Virus record (IMG/VR): IMGVR_UViG_3300043179_000050
Location: 1-48,205 of that record
DNA: 48,205 nucleotides
Origin: a virus
Taxonomy: Duplodnaviria > Caudoviricetes
Strand: one strand, 5' to 3'
The notes beneath the pieces are model-generated. The model searched no databases, was not told where the DNA came from, and saw only the letters and a list, made by a program, of their open reading frames with translations. The first letter of the stretch is position 1. Each line of letters opens with the position of its first letter. Below are positions 1 to 9,216 of this stretch, in pieces. A program made the translations under genes and the position numbers.

Positions 1-86
1 GCAATCGCGGCTCTCTTTTTCGCCTCTTTAGCCGCGATCCCTTTCGCAATCAGCCTATCGCGCGTCTTTACGTAGTCAGCCGGCAT
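1..86 (-). CDS. hypothetical phage protein, N-terminal part (runs off window start)
   Basis: ATG at 86 with AGGTG RBS just after the stop of the upstream gene; open to base 1 (MPADYVKTRDRLIAKG...). Confidence 0.6.
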   Translation of the reverse strand, partial: MPADYVKTRDRLIAKGIAAKEAKKRAAI

Positions 87-93
87 GTTTCAC

Positions 94-837
94 CTACGCA
101 ACGAATAGCGACTGCAACCCCTCGGCCGGGCGGAGATACTTTGAGACCAGGTAGTCCTTCAGGTTGTTCTTGTCAGCCGCCACGTAGGCGTTATAGAACG
201 CGATCTCGGCAATCTCAAACCCCAGCCTGGAGCCAGCGTACAATCCGCCCAAGACCATGTTTTCGGACATGTCGCTCGTGTCGCCGCTTGCCATCGAGAC
301 CGTTGATCGATCTACGGTGGTGTGAGAAACCTCTATAAAGATGCTGCCTCCGGTGTGGTAAGCGATAACCACGAGTGCGCCATGTGCCAGGATATCAAAA
401 GAATCAAGCAGATCGTCCGTGGCTCCGTCGTTGTTTCTTACGTGGATATTCCTGGAGTCAGGGGTGGCATGGCCTCCCATGGCAAGCGTGTACCAGCTCG
501 TCACGTTCGCGGCGGAACATATAGCCTGCTCGTTGCCGGCACCAGCGCTCGCCGGAATCACCACCGCGCCAGTCACCTTCGCCCCCGCCGCCCAGTAGTT
601 GCTAAGGGCGTTTCCGGTCATCAAATCGTCGGTCGCATCAAACTTGAGCGACTTGTGTCCCTTGAATCCGGCAGGCGCCACTTGAAGGAGCGGCCTGGCC
701 GCGCCAGAAGCCGTGAAATCCCCACCTCCAGATCCTGCCGACTTGGCCCAAGTTCCAATTGGATCCTGGTCCGCGCCAGACACGTCGTCCGCGACAAAGG
801 CGCCTTTCAGGTTGTCCGTAGGTCCGTTGAACGGCAT
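94..837 (-). CDS. virion protein with LamG/concanavalin-like jelly-roll domain
   Basis: Start re-picked at MPFNGP (837, RBS AAGGGG). Motifs 'GHKSLKFDATDD' and 'EIAEIAFYN...LKDYLVSKY' resemble phage LamG-like tail/virion domains; lies in the structural operon. Confidence 0.6.
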   Translation of the reverse strand: MPFNGPTDNLKGAFVADDVSGADQDPIGTWAKSAGSGGGDFTASGAARPLLQVAPAGFKGHKSLKFDATDDLMTGNALSNYWAAGAKVTGAVVIPASAGAGNEQAICSAANVTSWYTLAMGGHATPDSRNIHVRNNDGATDDLLDSFDILAHGALVVIAYHTGGSIFIEVSHTTVDRSTVSMASGDTSDMSENMVLGGLYAGSRLGFEIAEIAFYNAYVAADKNNLKDYLVSKYLRPAEGLQSLFVA

Positions 838-848
838 GAGTCCGCCCC

Positions 849-2087
849 TTATTGATTGTAGGCAAGGAAGTCTTCCAGCGGTTTCAGATATTGCATCACC
901 AGCACCCTGACAACCGGATTCAACCCGCCGCTGTTGGTGGCCTGGTCCACGATCACTCTCATGCGGGCGTCCGTGATAGTCGTTCCATGTCCGGCCGCAA
1001 AACACCGATAGCGGTACGTTCCGTCCGGCGCCGCGTCTGCTTCGGCGGCGCTTTGAATTTGGGGCCTGGTAGAGAAAGCGGACTGCCACGCGGAGCCATC
1101 CCAGTGGTCCAGATCCACAATCATAGCTGTAGACCCCGCAGCGCTCTCGGCGTCTATAGCCACGCTCTTAATGAGTGCCGGGCGACCAAAGCGGAACCTC
1201 TTCTCCGTGCCGGCCGCCACCGGTCCACCAGAAAATGGAAATGCCAAGCTCCCCACTTGCTTCAGCGAGGGAATATGCCAGTTGGGGGCGAAGTCCGAGT
1301 AAAGAAGCGTCGGCCCGGAAAACCAGGCGGTTCCGCTGGACGCCACCTCAAGCCCGAAATGGAGCTTTGACGCCGTGGCAGACACCTGGTGAACAAGCTG
1401 GCTCTGGTCGGCCTTGACCGAAAGGAACTCCCACCCGGGCGTGCCGCTGTGGAACTTGCTCTGCGTCGGTGTTCCGCCGTCGTCCAAATAGACCCTGGCG
1501 TGACTGGCGATGGTGGCGTAGACCCAGCACCCAAACCCGAACTTGGTGCTCTTGAAGATCGCGGCGCTGGAATCGGTAAATTGGGCCGCCGGAATGACCT
1601 TCTGCTCGACCTTACCCCCGTTGGTCATCGCCAGCGCGTACAACCCGGCTTTTTGCTTGTCGTTCGGGCTCGCAATGCCCGCGCCCGACCGGGCGTAGGT
1701 CGCGCCCGCCGCGGCCTCGATCCAGCCTGCTGGCAAAGCCGCGTCTCCAGCCGGCCAAATAAGGAACGTGTCGTTCTCCAGAAGGTTGACAGCGCCAAGC
1801 TGACTTCTGAGCTGCGTGACGGTGACGGCGGAGCCGGGCAACTTGATGCTCCCGTCTTCCTCCATGCCCACGTCGAGTCGAGCATCAAGACTCGATTTGC
1901 TCCCGCGGGCCGCCACCACCTCATCTATGATGGTCTTGCATTTGATGCTCGGGTTGGCGGTGCTATGCAGCAAGTCCTCGATGGCCGCCTTCTGCACGTC
2001 CCAAACGTTGGTTTTGTTGATCACCGTTCCGGTACCCGGAACGCCGGTGGAGTCGGTGATGGAAGGCCAGAGCTCAAGCTGTGCCAT
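849..2087 (-). CDS. tail fibre/tailspike-like virion protein with CBM-like domain
   Basis: 412 aa with AGGAG RBS; 'EVVAARG..SLDARLD' anchor-like motif; 'NLLEN..F..W' and 'HSG..GWEFLSV' are typical of carbohydrate-binding modules. Confidence 0.6.
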   Translation of the reverse strand: MAQLELWPSITDSTGVPGTGTVINKTNVWDVQKAAIEDLLHSTANPSIKCKTIIDEVVAARGSKSSLDARLDVGMEEDGSIKLPGSAVTVTQLRSQLGAVNLLENDTFLIWPAGDAALPAGWIEAAAGATYARSGAGIASPNDKQKAGLYALAMTNGGKVEQKVIPAAQFTDSSAAIFKSTKFGFGCWVYATIASHARVYLDDGGTPTQSKFHSGTPGWEFLSVKADQSQLVHQVSATASKLHFGLEVASSGTAWFSGPTLLYSDFAPNWHIPSLKQVGSLAFPFSGGPVAAGTEKRFRFGRPALIKSVAIDAESAAGSTAMIVDLDHWDGSAWQSAFSTRPQIQSAAEADAAPDGTYRYRCFAAGHGTTITDARMRVIVDQATNSGGLNPVVRVLVMQYLKPLEDFLAYNQ

Positions 2088-2099
2088 GCACCAACTCCT

Positions 2100-2738
2100 T
2101 TAGGGCGTTTCGGGTTCGTCTTCAGGAACAATGTCCACCCCCAGTGGCGGCTCCGGCGGCACCGACCGGATGAGCTCCAGATCCTTCTGCATCTTGGCAA
2201 TCATGGCCATAGACGCGGCAAGCTGCGCCTCAAGCGCAGCGGCCTTGTCTACCGGTTCCTCGATCCGCTCCTTCTTCTGGAACAGGTCGGTGAAGTCCTT
2301 GATGCCAAGAACTTCGCCCAGCCGCTGCTGGACTTCAGGCGAGCTGAGCACACCTTCCAGGACGAACTTCGTCTTCGATTCCTGGATCGTACGGACCTCT
2401 GCATCCACGTCAAAAATCTCGATGCCGTAGTTGTCAACGCTCTCGATGATGAGCACATCGCCTATGTCCTTAGCAATGAAGCGACCCTGCCTGAACTGGA
2501 TGTAGCTTTCACCGCCAGGCTGTCGGACCTTGAACTCATTGTACGAGTCGAGAACCGACCAGCGGTGAATCCGCAGGTCGCTGATGGTCGAACGGAAGGT
2601 GCGCGGCAGGTACGTCTCCCTGCCCAGCCTGGGCGCCATCGCCTTATTCTCAGCAACGCTGTAGTTCGGCTGATCCTCCGGCGTCAGAACGCTCCGGTTT
2701 GCCATCACCGGGCCGGTAATCACCTGAGTTTCTGTCAT
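2100..2738 (-). CDS. hypothetical protein in head operon
   Basis: Start re-picked at MTETQV (GGAGG RBS); C-terminal coiled coil. Confidence 0.7.
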   Translation of the reverse strand: MTETQVITGPVMANRSVLTPEDQPNYSVAENKAMAPRLGRETYLPRTFRSTISDLRIHRWSVLDSYNEFKVRQPGGESYIQFRQGRFIAKDIGDVLIIESVDNYGIEIFDVDAEVRTIQESKTKFVLEGVLSSPEVQQRLGEVLGIKDFTDLFQKKERIEEPVDKAAALEAQLAASMAMIAKMQKDLELIRSVPPEPPLGVDIVPEDEPETP

Positions 2739-2758
2739 AGAAAGACCTCCACTTCTTG

Positions 2759-2815
2759 GAAAAACCGCGAGGTGGCGGGGAAGGCGTTCAAAAATAGCCA
2801 CCCCCGCCCCTCGCG
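2759..2815 (-). terminator. long GC-rich hairpin followed by U-tract after the capsid/post-capsid genes
   Basis: Minus strand CGCGAGG-GGCGGGG...CCCCGCC-A-CCTCGCG then GTTTTT; the loop is large for a classical intrinsic terminator. Confidence 0.55.
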
Positions 2816-2824
2816 AGGACCAGG

Positions 2825-3730
2825 TTACCGGTACTCGTACTCGCGCCCGCTCACAACCACCGAAGGCGAGGTCATGGCGGCCGAGTTGTCCAGCTTAACT
2901 ACTAGCTTAGCTCCTTTTTCAGCAAAGACGCCGTAAGGCCCGAAGTCGGTAAAGACCTTCAGAACCTTTGCGACGGTCGTCGCCCCGCCGGCCACGGAGT
3001 AGACCTTGGTCGCCACCTCCGTGTAGGTCCGGTCGGCCTTAAACGTTCCCACAACCGAGTACACGTCGATGGTGCTGGTGCCGGAGCCGTAGGTGCTCGT
3101 GAACGTTCCAAACTCGAGGCTCGCCTGATAGTCCTGGAACGGGTTCTTGAACGGAACCAGTGCAAGGCCCGGAGTAGAGCTTCCACCAAAGTAGTCGGCG
3201 GCGCTCTTGAACTGCGTGAGCGCGATGCTCACCTCAAAGGTAACCGTAGACTCCCCCTTCAAGATGAGTCCCTCTGCTTTTTGAACATCCTGCGTCGCGG
3301 CCTGGGTGAAGAGCGTGTTGTTCGAGCTGTCGGCCGCCAGAGCACCAAGCAAAACAGCGCGCCAGCTAGCCGACTTGTTGATCACGTCCAACACCTCGCC
3401 CAACGTGTCGCAATCGGCATGCGAAACGTCGATGATCCCGCCGAGCGCGCCGGAAACAGGGCATTCCAGCTCTGTCGAGGCCGTGGTGCCGTCGGTGTCG
3501 TCCTGCGTGAAGGTTAGATCCCCGGTCGTTGCGTCCACCGCCAACTTGGCGAACTTGTTCGCTCCGGCAAACTTCACCAGAAGCGCTTCGTTCGTGTCCA
3601 GGGCGGTAATGCTCTTCCCGAGAACGGTCGAGCGATCCCCGTAAAACTTGTCGAGGAACCCCTGGCCGAAAACCACCGCGGTCAGCCCAAGACTGAGGGC
3701 CGCGGCAAGTGCAAATGCTCGCTTTCTCAT
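2825..3730 (-). CDS. post-capsid protein with Sec-type signal peptide (possible decoration or exported protein)
   Basis: Start MRKRAFALAAALSLGLTAVVFG (RBS GGAGGG); beta-rich mature region; directly downstream of the MCP gene. Confidence 0.7.
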   Translation of the reverse strand: MRKRAFALAAALSLGLTAVVFGQGFLDKFYGDRSTVLGKSITALDTNEALLVKFAGANKFAKLAVDATTGDLTFTQDDTDGTTASTELECPVSGALGGIIDVSHADCDTLGEVLDVINKSASWRAVLLGALAADSSNNTLFTQAATQDVQKAEGLILKGESTVTFEVSIALTQFKSAADYFGGSSTPGLALVPFKNPFQDYQASLEFGTFTSTYGSGTSTIDVYSVVGTFKADRTYTEVATKVYSVAGGATTVAKVLKVFTDFGPYGVFAEKGAKLVVKLDNSAAMTSPSVVVSGREYEYR

Positions 3731-3752
3731 GTTGCTACCCTCCCTCCCGGCC

Positions 3753-4970
3753 TTACGACCGCACCCTGTGGTTCTTGATGATGCCAAACGCAGCCTGGTT
3801 CTCAAGCTGCCATCCGGCATCGACCATGTACTCGACCTCTTCGCCGTCGAAGCTCGGCGACTGGCGGTTCGCGTAAAGCTTCAGGCTCCGGCCCTGGTGA
3901 TTGACCCGCTTGAAGTGGGCCAGATCCATCACGAATCCCCATCCCGAGTGCTTCCCGGTGAACTGAGGCTGCCTGATGATGTTCAACGTCCCGTGAGTTG
4001 AGCTGAACTGCGCAGCCCGCATCCCAATCTTGCTGGAAAGCGGCTCATAGCGCAGTTTGTCCCGGGCGAAAAACTCAATTTCCGTAATCAGCGAGTTTCC
4101 CGCGAAAAGCCACTTGACGGCGTCGCCGCCCCTATTGATGTACCCGTTGTCGCCGAGCGCCATCACATCCTCCATCCACTCGACCAGCCCCCGCTCGGTG
4201 AGCGGGTTGCCGTTCAAATCCCAAATGTGGGACTTGATAAAGAACTCGGCGCCGCCCGAGAACGTCTGAAGGACGGTGTTGCCTTTGGAGTTGGTCGTGG
4301 TCCGAGTATGCCGCTTGCCGAAGAACGCTCTCCGCTCAAGCCGAATCTTGATCTGCTGCATCGCATCGAACTTGAGCTCCTTCGGTTCCGGCCCGCCGTA
4401 ATAATCGGTGTTGCCCGTTCGACCGCTCCATCCCGCAGGCACGCGGAGGATCTCGGTGAAGTTGAAAATCTCGTTCTCAACCACACTCTTGATCACCCCA
4501 ATCTCGTCTGCCTCGGGATGAATGGTACCCTGCAAATCGAACGTGTCACCGACCGCAACGTCGGCGCCTCCCCCGCCAATCGCTCGCGCGATGTTGGCGA
4601 AGGTATCGGAAGCCGGCGTTTCGGTGAGCAAAATCTGCTCCCGGGTTCGGGTGTTCATGTACACCTGGTGCTTCGCGGCCTTGTTCTTGTCATTGGTGCT
4701 GAACGCAATGCTGGTCGCGCCGGCCGCTCCCGCGGCGGCCACGGTCAGCTTGTCAGGCTGAAGGTCGCGCTCGAAGAACGAGTACTTGTAGTAGGTGCTC
4801 GTTCGGGTCTTGTTAGCCATGTTCTGTAGAACGATCAGAGGCGTCGCGGACTTGAAAATCCGGATAATCCGGTCCTCAACGTCCTTGACCACCTTGAGCG
4901 CTCCGTCGTCCGCCAGCCGGTCACCAGTTACGATGGTCGGCTCGTCGCGGGGAATCGCTGCGTCGGGCAT
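3753..4970 (-). CDS. major capsid protein (SU10-MCP/DUF5309-like, HK97 fold)
   Basis: 405 aa; 'TPLI', 'FNFTEILR', 'ERRAFFG', 'FSSTHGTLNII', 'EYMVDAGWQLENQAAFG' pattern; follows the scaffold gene. Confidence 0.85.
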   Translation of the reverse strand: MPDAAIPRDEPTIVTGDRLADDGALKVVKDVEDRIIRIFKSATPLIVLQNMANKTRTSTYYKYSFFERDLQPDKLTVAAAGAAGATSIAFSTNDKNKAAKHQVYMNTRTREQILLTETPASDTFANIARAIGGGGADVAVGDTFDLQGTIHPEADEIGVIKSVVENEIFNFTEILRVPAGWSGRTGNTDYYGGPEPKELKFDAMQQIKIRLERRAFFGKRHTRTTTNSKGNTVLQTFSGGAEFFIKSHIWDLNGNPLTERGLVEWMEDVMALGDNGYINRGGDAVKWLFAGNSLITEIEFFARDKLRYEPLSSKIGMRAAQFSSTHGTLNIIRQPQFTGKHSGWGFVMDLAHFKRVNHQGRSLKLYANRQSPSFDGEEVEYMVDAGWQLENQAAFGIIKNHRVRS

Positions 4971-4987
4971 GAGTCACATCCTGCGGG

Positions 4988-6202
4988 TTAAAAGCCCAGT
5001 ACTCCGTCGCCACGGCTCCTGGCGTACGCCTCAAGCTCGTTAAACTCGCGGTCAATCCAGTCTTGCGGCTTCCCGCGAGTCACAAGAGATGGAGTATCGG
5101 AGCCGGAGATGACGTAATCCCGGGGTTCTGCGGTTGACGGTTTCGGTGGACCGTTGGCGAAAGCGCCGGCTCCGGCCTGGGCCTCGCCGTTCACCGGCGT
5201 CGAGGCGGCTCCAGGCTTGTGAGCCTTGATGTCCCTTGCCATGTAGCGCTCCCAATTCTCTGCGTCCAGGTAGGCCAGATGCGCGCCGTACACCCCTCGA
5301 CTCCGCAGGTCTGCGTCTTCGAGGTAAAGCCTTGCCACTCTTGACGCGAAGTCAGCGTCAGCGAGTCTCGGGTACAAGGCATTCCCGGCCGAATCTCGTC
5401 TGGCCTGGAGCTGCTCGAAAGTTTGGACAGTCTCAACGAACAGCTCCTGCTGCTCCTGGTCCTTAAAAACCCGGTCGAGCCGCGGGTCGGGGTCGGGCGG
5501 CTTCAGCCATTCCTCCCTCGCCCCTTTCAGATACTCGTCCACTTTCATGGCCATGTACTGAAAGGCCCTTTTCGGCCCCAGGCTCGGGTCGTCATAGATT
5601 TCCTGGAGCAGGTCGTAGTCCACCAACTCGGCAAACGCCCCCAGGTCTTTCCCTGTCTGGGCGGCGGTCGCCTTCGCGTCGGCTGAAGGACCATGGCTTT
5701 CCGGCGGGGGCCCCTGTTCCTGCTTGTCGAGTCTCGCCTGTAGCTCGTCGTATTGTCTTTTCAGGGCGTCGTGTCGATCCTGCCATTGCTTGACCGAGCC
5801 AAAGTAGCTTCTCCATTGGTGCTCGGCCTGAGCGATGTTATCGAACTCCTGGCCAAGAAAGACAAACTTCTCAGCTCCGGTCTGGCCCGATCCGGCCTGG
5901 TCCGCGGTCGTGGCAACGAACCGGCCCTGGGCATCTCGCGGGCGGCCACCTTCCGCCCTTCCAGCAGCCTGTCCTTGCCCGGCCTCCGGTCCAGTGGAAC
6001 CGGACTTCCCGCCGTCTCCCTGCGCGTCTTCGCTTTTTCCGCTACCCGCGGCGCCGCTTTCGTCCCCGGCTTCCGGGCCGTCGCCCGTGAGGTCCGAATC
6101 CGTCGATCCGGTCCGTCCAAAACCAAGGTCTACGTCGTCGCCTCCGGACTGGTCCGAGCCAGCCGCGCCTGGAACAACCTGGTTCTTGCTCTCGTCAGGC
6201 AT
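4988..6202 (-). CDS. capsid scaffolding protein
   Basis: Start MPDESKNQ (RBS GGAGG); acidic disordered N-terminus, 'RPRDAQGRF' motif, coiled coil; directly upstream of MCP. Confidence 0.75.
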   Translation of the reverse strand: MPDESKNQVVPGAAGSDQSGGDDVDLGFGRTGSTDSDLTGDGPEAGDESGAAGSGKSEDAQGDGGKSGSTGPEAGQGQAAGRAEGGRPRDAQGRFVATTADQAGSGQTGAEKFVFLGQEFDNIAQAEHQWRSYFGSVKQWQDRHDALKRQYDELQARLDKQEQGPPPESHGPSADAKATAAQTGKDLGAFAELVDYDLLQEIYDDPSLGPKRAFQYMAMKVDEYLKGAREEWLKPPDPDPRLDRVFKDQEQQELFVETVQTFEQLQARRDSAGNALYPRLADADFASRVARLYLEDADLRSRGVYGAHLAYLDAENWERYMARDIKAHKPGAASTPVNGEAQAGAGAFANGPPKPSTAEPRDYVISGSDTPSLVTRGKPQDWIDREFNELEAYARSRGDGVLGF

Positions 6203-6249
6203 TTCTTGCCCTCCCCACACAGGCTGATGCCCGTGCTCCAACAAGGAAG

Positions 6250-6278
6250 ATTTTACAGTGTAGGAATTACGCTGTCAA
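6250..6278 (-). promoter_or_regulatory. sigma70-type promoter for scaffold-capsid operon
   Basis: TTGACA-17 bp-TAAAAT on the minus strand in an AT-rich intergenic gap. Confidence 0.8.
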
Positions 6279-6285
6279 GTAAGAA

Positions 6286-6681
6286 TTACTCAGGAGGGCA
6301 GGGTTCTCCGGTGTGTCCGAAGCAGCTCCATCTCTTGTCGCCCAGCTTCCAAAGGATGGCATGCTGGGCTTCGTGCTTGATTACCCCCGGCGTTCCGGCG
6401 TACCACCAGATCGTGGAAATGCCGGGCAAGAAACACCCTACGGCCTCCTCCACCGGACCACATCGAAAGGGTGCTTCGCGTCTCACAAACATAAAGCCGT
6501 CAATCTTTACGCCAAACACGTCACCTTTGATGCCCGGCAACTGGGACAACTCGTTCTGTGCATCATGCCACCAGATCCTCATCCAGGGCTCGATGCCACG
6601 CTCCCATGGCGACGTGTGGGTCGTCCACAGCACAGGACAAGCGGTCGACGCCAGCATCAAAACCAGCAACACCCTGCCCAT
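6286..6681 (-). CDS. exported small HExxH zinc metallopeptidase-like protein (paralog 1)
   Basis: Hydrophobic N-terminus ending STAC; 'IWWYAG...VIKHEAQHAI...GD..W..FGH'. Confidence 0.65.
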   Translation of the reverse strand: MGRVLLVLMLASTACPVLWTTHTSPWERGIEPWMRIWWHDAQNELSQLPGIKGDVFGVKIDGFMFVRREAPFRCGPVEEAVGCFLPGISTIWWYAGTPGVIKHEAQHAILWKLGDKRWSCFGHTGEPCPPE

Positions 6682-6929
6682 TACAACCTCACCACGTCCG
6701 CAACGACCGCGTTGACCCCCAGCTCAGAAGCCTCCGCCACTACCACTGCTTTTATTCGGCTATCCAGTGTTGCTGCCGCCTTCGCGTCAGTTTCCGTGAG
6801 CTCCATGTAGAAGGCGAATTCCCGCTCGCCGCCCTCAATACCAGGATCCACCGCCTTGCAATCAAGCTCAAGGGCCACCCTGCCCGCGTTTCCAAAAGTG
6901 GGCCTCGCCGAAACCACGAAAATCACCAT
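6681..6929 (-). CDS. hypothetical protein
   Basis: Start re-picked at MVIFVVS, after the upstream stop at 6941; 82 aa, coupled to the next gene. Confidence 0.55.
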   Translation of the reverse strand: MVIFVVSARPTFGNAGRVALELDCKAVDPGIEGGEREFAFYMELTETDAKAAATLDSRIKAVVVAEASELGVNAVVADVVRL

Positions 6930-6940
6930 GGGTACCCCCA

Positions 6941-7936
6941 CTACGGAATCAAGTTGGTCACCCCAATTTGAAATCTGAACCAATCAATGAGGCAAGTTCT
7001 GGAATTGGAGCCTAGAGATTTTAAGATACCCCAAATCATAAATAAATTTCGCGTGTTGTCTGGAATGCCGCTGCTGAACGTAGCCTTCAGAACGTCGTCG
7101 ATGTACAAATTAGCAGAATTTCCCCCGGCCGGAATACTGACTTTCAACCTGTAATAGGTATCTGCCGCTACGGTAATTCCGCTATCTACGGGGGTGGCTT
7201 CAACACTGTTGTCCCTAGCCCTGGCCTGCCACTTTCCACCGTTCACGTCATCTCTATAATACCAGAAGATGCCGTTGGCCCCTATATCAGCGCCAGCATT
7301 GTCTCCAAAGCCAAAATAAAGCCTGTACCTATCTGTACCATCCGAAAGGTTCGGATCTGTTTTGATGTCGGCCTCCATGAAGGTTTCTCCTGCTTGCCCA
7401 AGAACAAAGCAGAACGATGTCCCGGAGCTGTTTGTTAGATACTGAGCCCTGCCAGTGCTTGTCGTTCCGGTGGCGAGTTGAGTAACACCAGGTCTCGTCG
7501 GAGTCGTGCTCACCTGTGAAACCGACGATCCTGAGCCAGCTAGGCTTACACCCCATTGTGGGTCACTTTGGTGGGTAAGGTGATGAGTGAAATACCTGTA
7601 AAACTTGGCCGGGTTTTCCCTGTCTTTTGCCCACGCCACCAGTGGGGCCGTGTCTATCGACACCGCCCCTCCGCCCAGGTCTATCAGCCCGAGCGTGGCC
7701 TGATCTACCTCGATCGCCTCAACCCCGCTTACACTCGGCACCCCATCCGCTTCCTTCACCGTCAGCCCGGCCCCGCCTATCGGCGTCCAAACCCCGCCGC
7801 TCAGCACATACCACTTCCTCAGATCCAACCTGTAGAACGGCCAGCCTTCGTATGGCTCAATGTTCTGGTTTGGAAACTCGGTCCCGTAAGGAACCATTGG
7901 AGCCCCGTCAGGAAGCTGCTTCGGGATGATCCACAT
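6941..7936 (-). CDS. tail fibre / receptor-binding-like protein with C-terminal lectin-like domain
   Basis: Start MWIIPK; N-terminal 'FP...P..G..FYR.D....Y....W' fibre-type module; beta-rich lectin-like C-terminus with visibly lower GC. Confidence 0.6.
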   Translation of the reverse strand: MWIIPKQLPDGAPMVPYGTEFPNQNIEPYEGWPFYRLDLRKWYVLSGGVWTPIGGAGLTVKEADGVPSVSGVEAIEVDQATLGLIDLGGGAVSIDTAPLVAWAKDRENPAKFYRYFTHHLTHQSDPQWGVSLAGSGSSVSQVSTTPTRPGVTQLATGTTSTGRAQYLTNSSGTSFCFVLGQAGETFMEADIKTDPNLSDGTDRYRLYFGFGDNAGADIGANGIFWYYRDDVNGGKWQARARDNSVEATPVDSGITVAADTYYRLKVSIPAGGNSANLYIDDVLKATFSSGIPDNTRNLFMIWGILKSLGSNSRTCLIDWFRFQIGVTNLIP

Positions 7937-7938
7937 GC

Positions 7939-8307
7939 CTACCCCCTGAACAACCTCTGCCACCAATTCTGACTCAGTCGCCGCTCAATCATCTTCACCT
8001 CAACCTCTATCCAGTCGAGTTTCTGCTTCACCCCGCCAAGCCCGTTGGCAACCTCGCGCAATTCATCCGCAGTCGCTTTCACAGCACTCGCCGCGGCGTT
8101 CAGCGCATCCACCACTGAGGGCTCCCGCTCTTCTGACGCCCCGACCGGCTCCGCTTCTTCCCTCACAAGACGATACTCGCTTTCGACCGCGGAAATTGCC
8201 CTCTCGTGCTCTACAACCCAAGCTTGACCATTCTGCACCACGAAGTCTCGCCCTGGCACAAGCTTACCGCGCTTGGCTACAATGATCTTGCTCAGCATCT
8301 TCGCCAT
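7939..8307 (-). CDS. coiled-coil protein with C-terminal WWQRLF amphipathic motif
   Basis: GGAGGTG RBS; first gene of the leftward operon. Confidence 0.7.
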   Translation of the reverse strand: MAKMLSKIIVAKRGKLVPGRDFVVQNGQAWVVEHERAISAVESEYRLVREEAEPVGASEEREPSVVDALNAAASAVKATADELREVANGLGGVKQKLDWIEVEVKMIERRLSQNWWQRLFRG

Positions 8308-8325
8308 CAATCACCTCCTGAAGCA

Positions 8326-8354
8326 ATTCTACACCACCACGTCCCGCATCTCAA
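8326..8354 (-). promoter_or_regulatory. sigma70-type leftward promoter
   Basis: TTGAGA-17 bp-TAGAAT upstream of the 8307 start. Confidence 0.7.
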
Positions 8355-8907
8355 TGACTTTTAAGTTGGGTTTAACTAATTAACCTTCTTGTAAGCCCTT
8401 TGCTTGCCACAGTTCCACACAAGGGTCTCACATTTTCTATATTTTTTCCTGAGCGCCGTGAGAGGGGCATCCCTCCTTCGCGCGCGCGCGCGAGGGCGAG
8501 CCGGTTTCGCGGTACCCGGCCCGGCCCGGGCGAGCGGCCAGCCACTCACCCCCACTTCCCGCCGGCTCGGCCTCTACCACTCGCCAGCCACTCAGCCACT
8601 TAGCGCGCGCCGCGCCGCCACACGCCAGGCCGGCGAGAGAGAGGGATCCCCTCCCTCTCTCTCACCACGCCCTGGTGGGGCCTGGGGGGGGCTGGGGGCC
8701 TCGAAGAGGGCGGGAAGCCCTCCCCCTCTCTCACCGCACCCGGGATGGGGGCGCTGAGGCAAGCGGCCGCCAGGGGGTAAAGACACGGGCAGATCACTGG
8801 CAGGCCAGGGCCGCAGGTCGAGGCTTTTGTCCGGCCGGCGGCTGGCACAGCCGCCACGGACCACAATAGGTTATCGCCAAAACCCTGTTGCGGCCTACAA
8901 TTTGCGG
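8355..8907. other. non-coding control region between divergent promoters; palindromes and hairpins (candidate genome terminus/pac site or origin)
   Basis: No credible ORF; (CG)7 palindrome 8478-8493; GAGAGAGAGGGA/TCCCTCTCTCTC hairpin about 8634-8663; repeated CCACT; repeated CCCTCC..CTCTCTCACC. Confidence 0.5.
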
Positions 8908-8936
8908 TTGACAAGAGGAAAAAAAAATAGTAGATT
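8908..8936 (+). promoter_or_regulatory. sigma70-type rightward (probably early) promoter
   Basis: TTGACA-17 bp (A-tract)-TAGATT, followed by RBS and ATG 8959. Confidence 0.8.
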
Positions 8937-8958
8937 AGGGGTAGGAGGCAAGGGAGCA

Positions 8959-9216
8959 ATGGCTACCCCTTCGGTTCATCTCGCGGTCCTCCCTTCCGGA
9001 GCGCACTTCCTCTTCGTCGGTTGCGAATGGATGGGGGTGCACGTGGTACTCAAGCAAACCAAATCCGGCAACACCCTGGTCAAGGCAACAAGCAAGAAGG
9101 AACGCTCCTTCTCTGCCCTGGACAGGCACACAGGGGAGCTCAAGCAGGTCGTCTTTCTGGCCCCCGCCGGAGACGTCTTCGTTGTCAGCGCCGCAAGTCT
9201 CGTGGCGGCCCAGTAA
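8959..9216 (+). CDS. hypothetical early protein
   Basis: MATPSVHLAV..., GGAG RBS, first gene after the promoter. Confidence 0.65.
   Translation: MATPSVHLAVLPSGAHFLFVGCEWMGVHVVLKQTKSGNTLVKATSKKERSFSALDRHTGELKQVVFLAPAGDVFVVSAASLVAAQ

Noticed and set aside
1389-2936. 515-aa plus-strand ORF
   Set aside because: Antisense shadow of two well-supported minus-strand genes; expected in GC-rich DNA
8400-8959. Several Pro/Arg/Gly-rich ORFs on both strands
   Set aside because: No RBS, low-complexity translations, and they lie between divergent promoters
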